Source: an uncultured Gammaproteobacteria bacterium (GTDB lineage: Bacteria > Patescibacteriota > Microgenomatia > Levybacterales > UBA12049). Taken from it: a DNA stretch of 52,553 nucleotides. Positions within the stretch are counted from its first letter, which is position 1. Each line of letters starts with the position of its first letter. The DNA lies in NCBI GenBank assembly GCA_964635045.1, contig CAZWMJ010000005.1:1-52553 (forward strand), in the 5' to 3' direction. The position numbers and the translations under genes are program-made. Shown in pieces: positions 52,199-52,553 of the stretch. The notes under the pieces were generated by a model. That model searched no databases. It saw only the letters and a list, made by a program, of their open reading frames with translations, and had not been told where the DNA came from.

Positions 52199-52553
52199 GT
52201 GAACGTTACTAAATTTTTTTCCTGGACATTCTCAGGTCTAGCCTTTGTCACCTTTATTTTCTTCTCAAGCATTGTTTCCTTAATTACTGACTGGTGGTGG
52301 TATCAGGAAGTAGGACTTACCGAAGTTTTTATCAAATCCCTCAGCACTAAAATCATTGTAGGAACCGTAACAGGAACTATTGCCGCAATTTTTCTTCTTA
52401 CGAATTTATCTTTTGCCATCCGTTCGAAAATACCCTGGATGGTGGCCATTCCCGAAAGTCTCATTGGTAAACCCTTAACTCTGGATAACCGGATGGTTGG
52501 GAAACTCGGAATTATCTTAACCTTTCTTATCGCCTTTTTTATCGGCTTAGTCA
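52199..52553 (+). CDS. UPF0182-family membrane protein, truncated by the window end
   Basis: Manual translation from GTG 52199: ..SLITDWWWYQEVGLTEVFIK..; open to the window end; TGcTATACT upstream. Confidence 0.7.
   Translation, partial: MNVTKFFSWTFSGLAFVTFIFFSSIVSLITDWWWYQEVGLTEVFIKSLSTKIIVGTVTGTIAAIFLLTNLSFAIRSKIPWMVAIPESLIGKPLTLDNRMVGKLGIILTFLIAFFIGLV

Overview
Window from a CPR/Patescibacteria bacterium, most likely Microgenomates group. This is inferred from a trigger factor lacking the PPIase domain, a DUF5660-like gene, an ATP-cone nuclease, a TrpR/YerC-like gene and dispersed tRNAs mostly lacking encoded CCA. Standard code 11; no rRNA, CRISPR array or prophage is supported. (1) 493-14235: a near-complete branched-chain amino acid cluster on the minus strand (ilvE-ilvB-ilvH::aminotransferase-ilvC-leuA-ilvD-ridA // trpR-like-leuC-leuD-leuB), unexpected in a mostly auxotrophic lineage. 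It is headed by an unannotated Ile/Val/Leu-rich leader peptide (MTNISLSIVVLLVTR) with overlapping terminator and antiterminator. (2) 15 intact tRNA genes plus two disrupted tRNA-Gln copies, whose ends are abutted by short palindromes and by minimal GIY-YIG nuclease genes. One GIY-YIG gene has hairpin termini and an internally deleted 82-bp MITE-like derivative at the equivalent position of another tRNA cluster. A second lies in a rearranged tRNA-Gln locus with 36-nt D-loop insertions. A third survives as a fragment after tRNA-His. Related palindromes are inserted in-frame in dinB and ilvC. This tRNA-anchored GIY-YIG/palindrome system is the best candidate for an undescribed system. (3) Housekeeping and envelope genes (tig, dinB, uvrA, uvrC, secG, yvcK, DD-carboxypeptidase, DipZ) and several unusual fusions (CoaB-aldolase II-GNAT, DUF2079-hydrolase, receiver-TM-PH). 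All family calls are by motif recognition, not database search.
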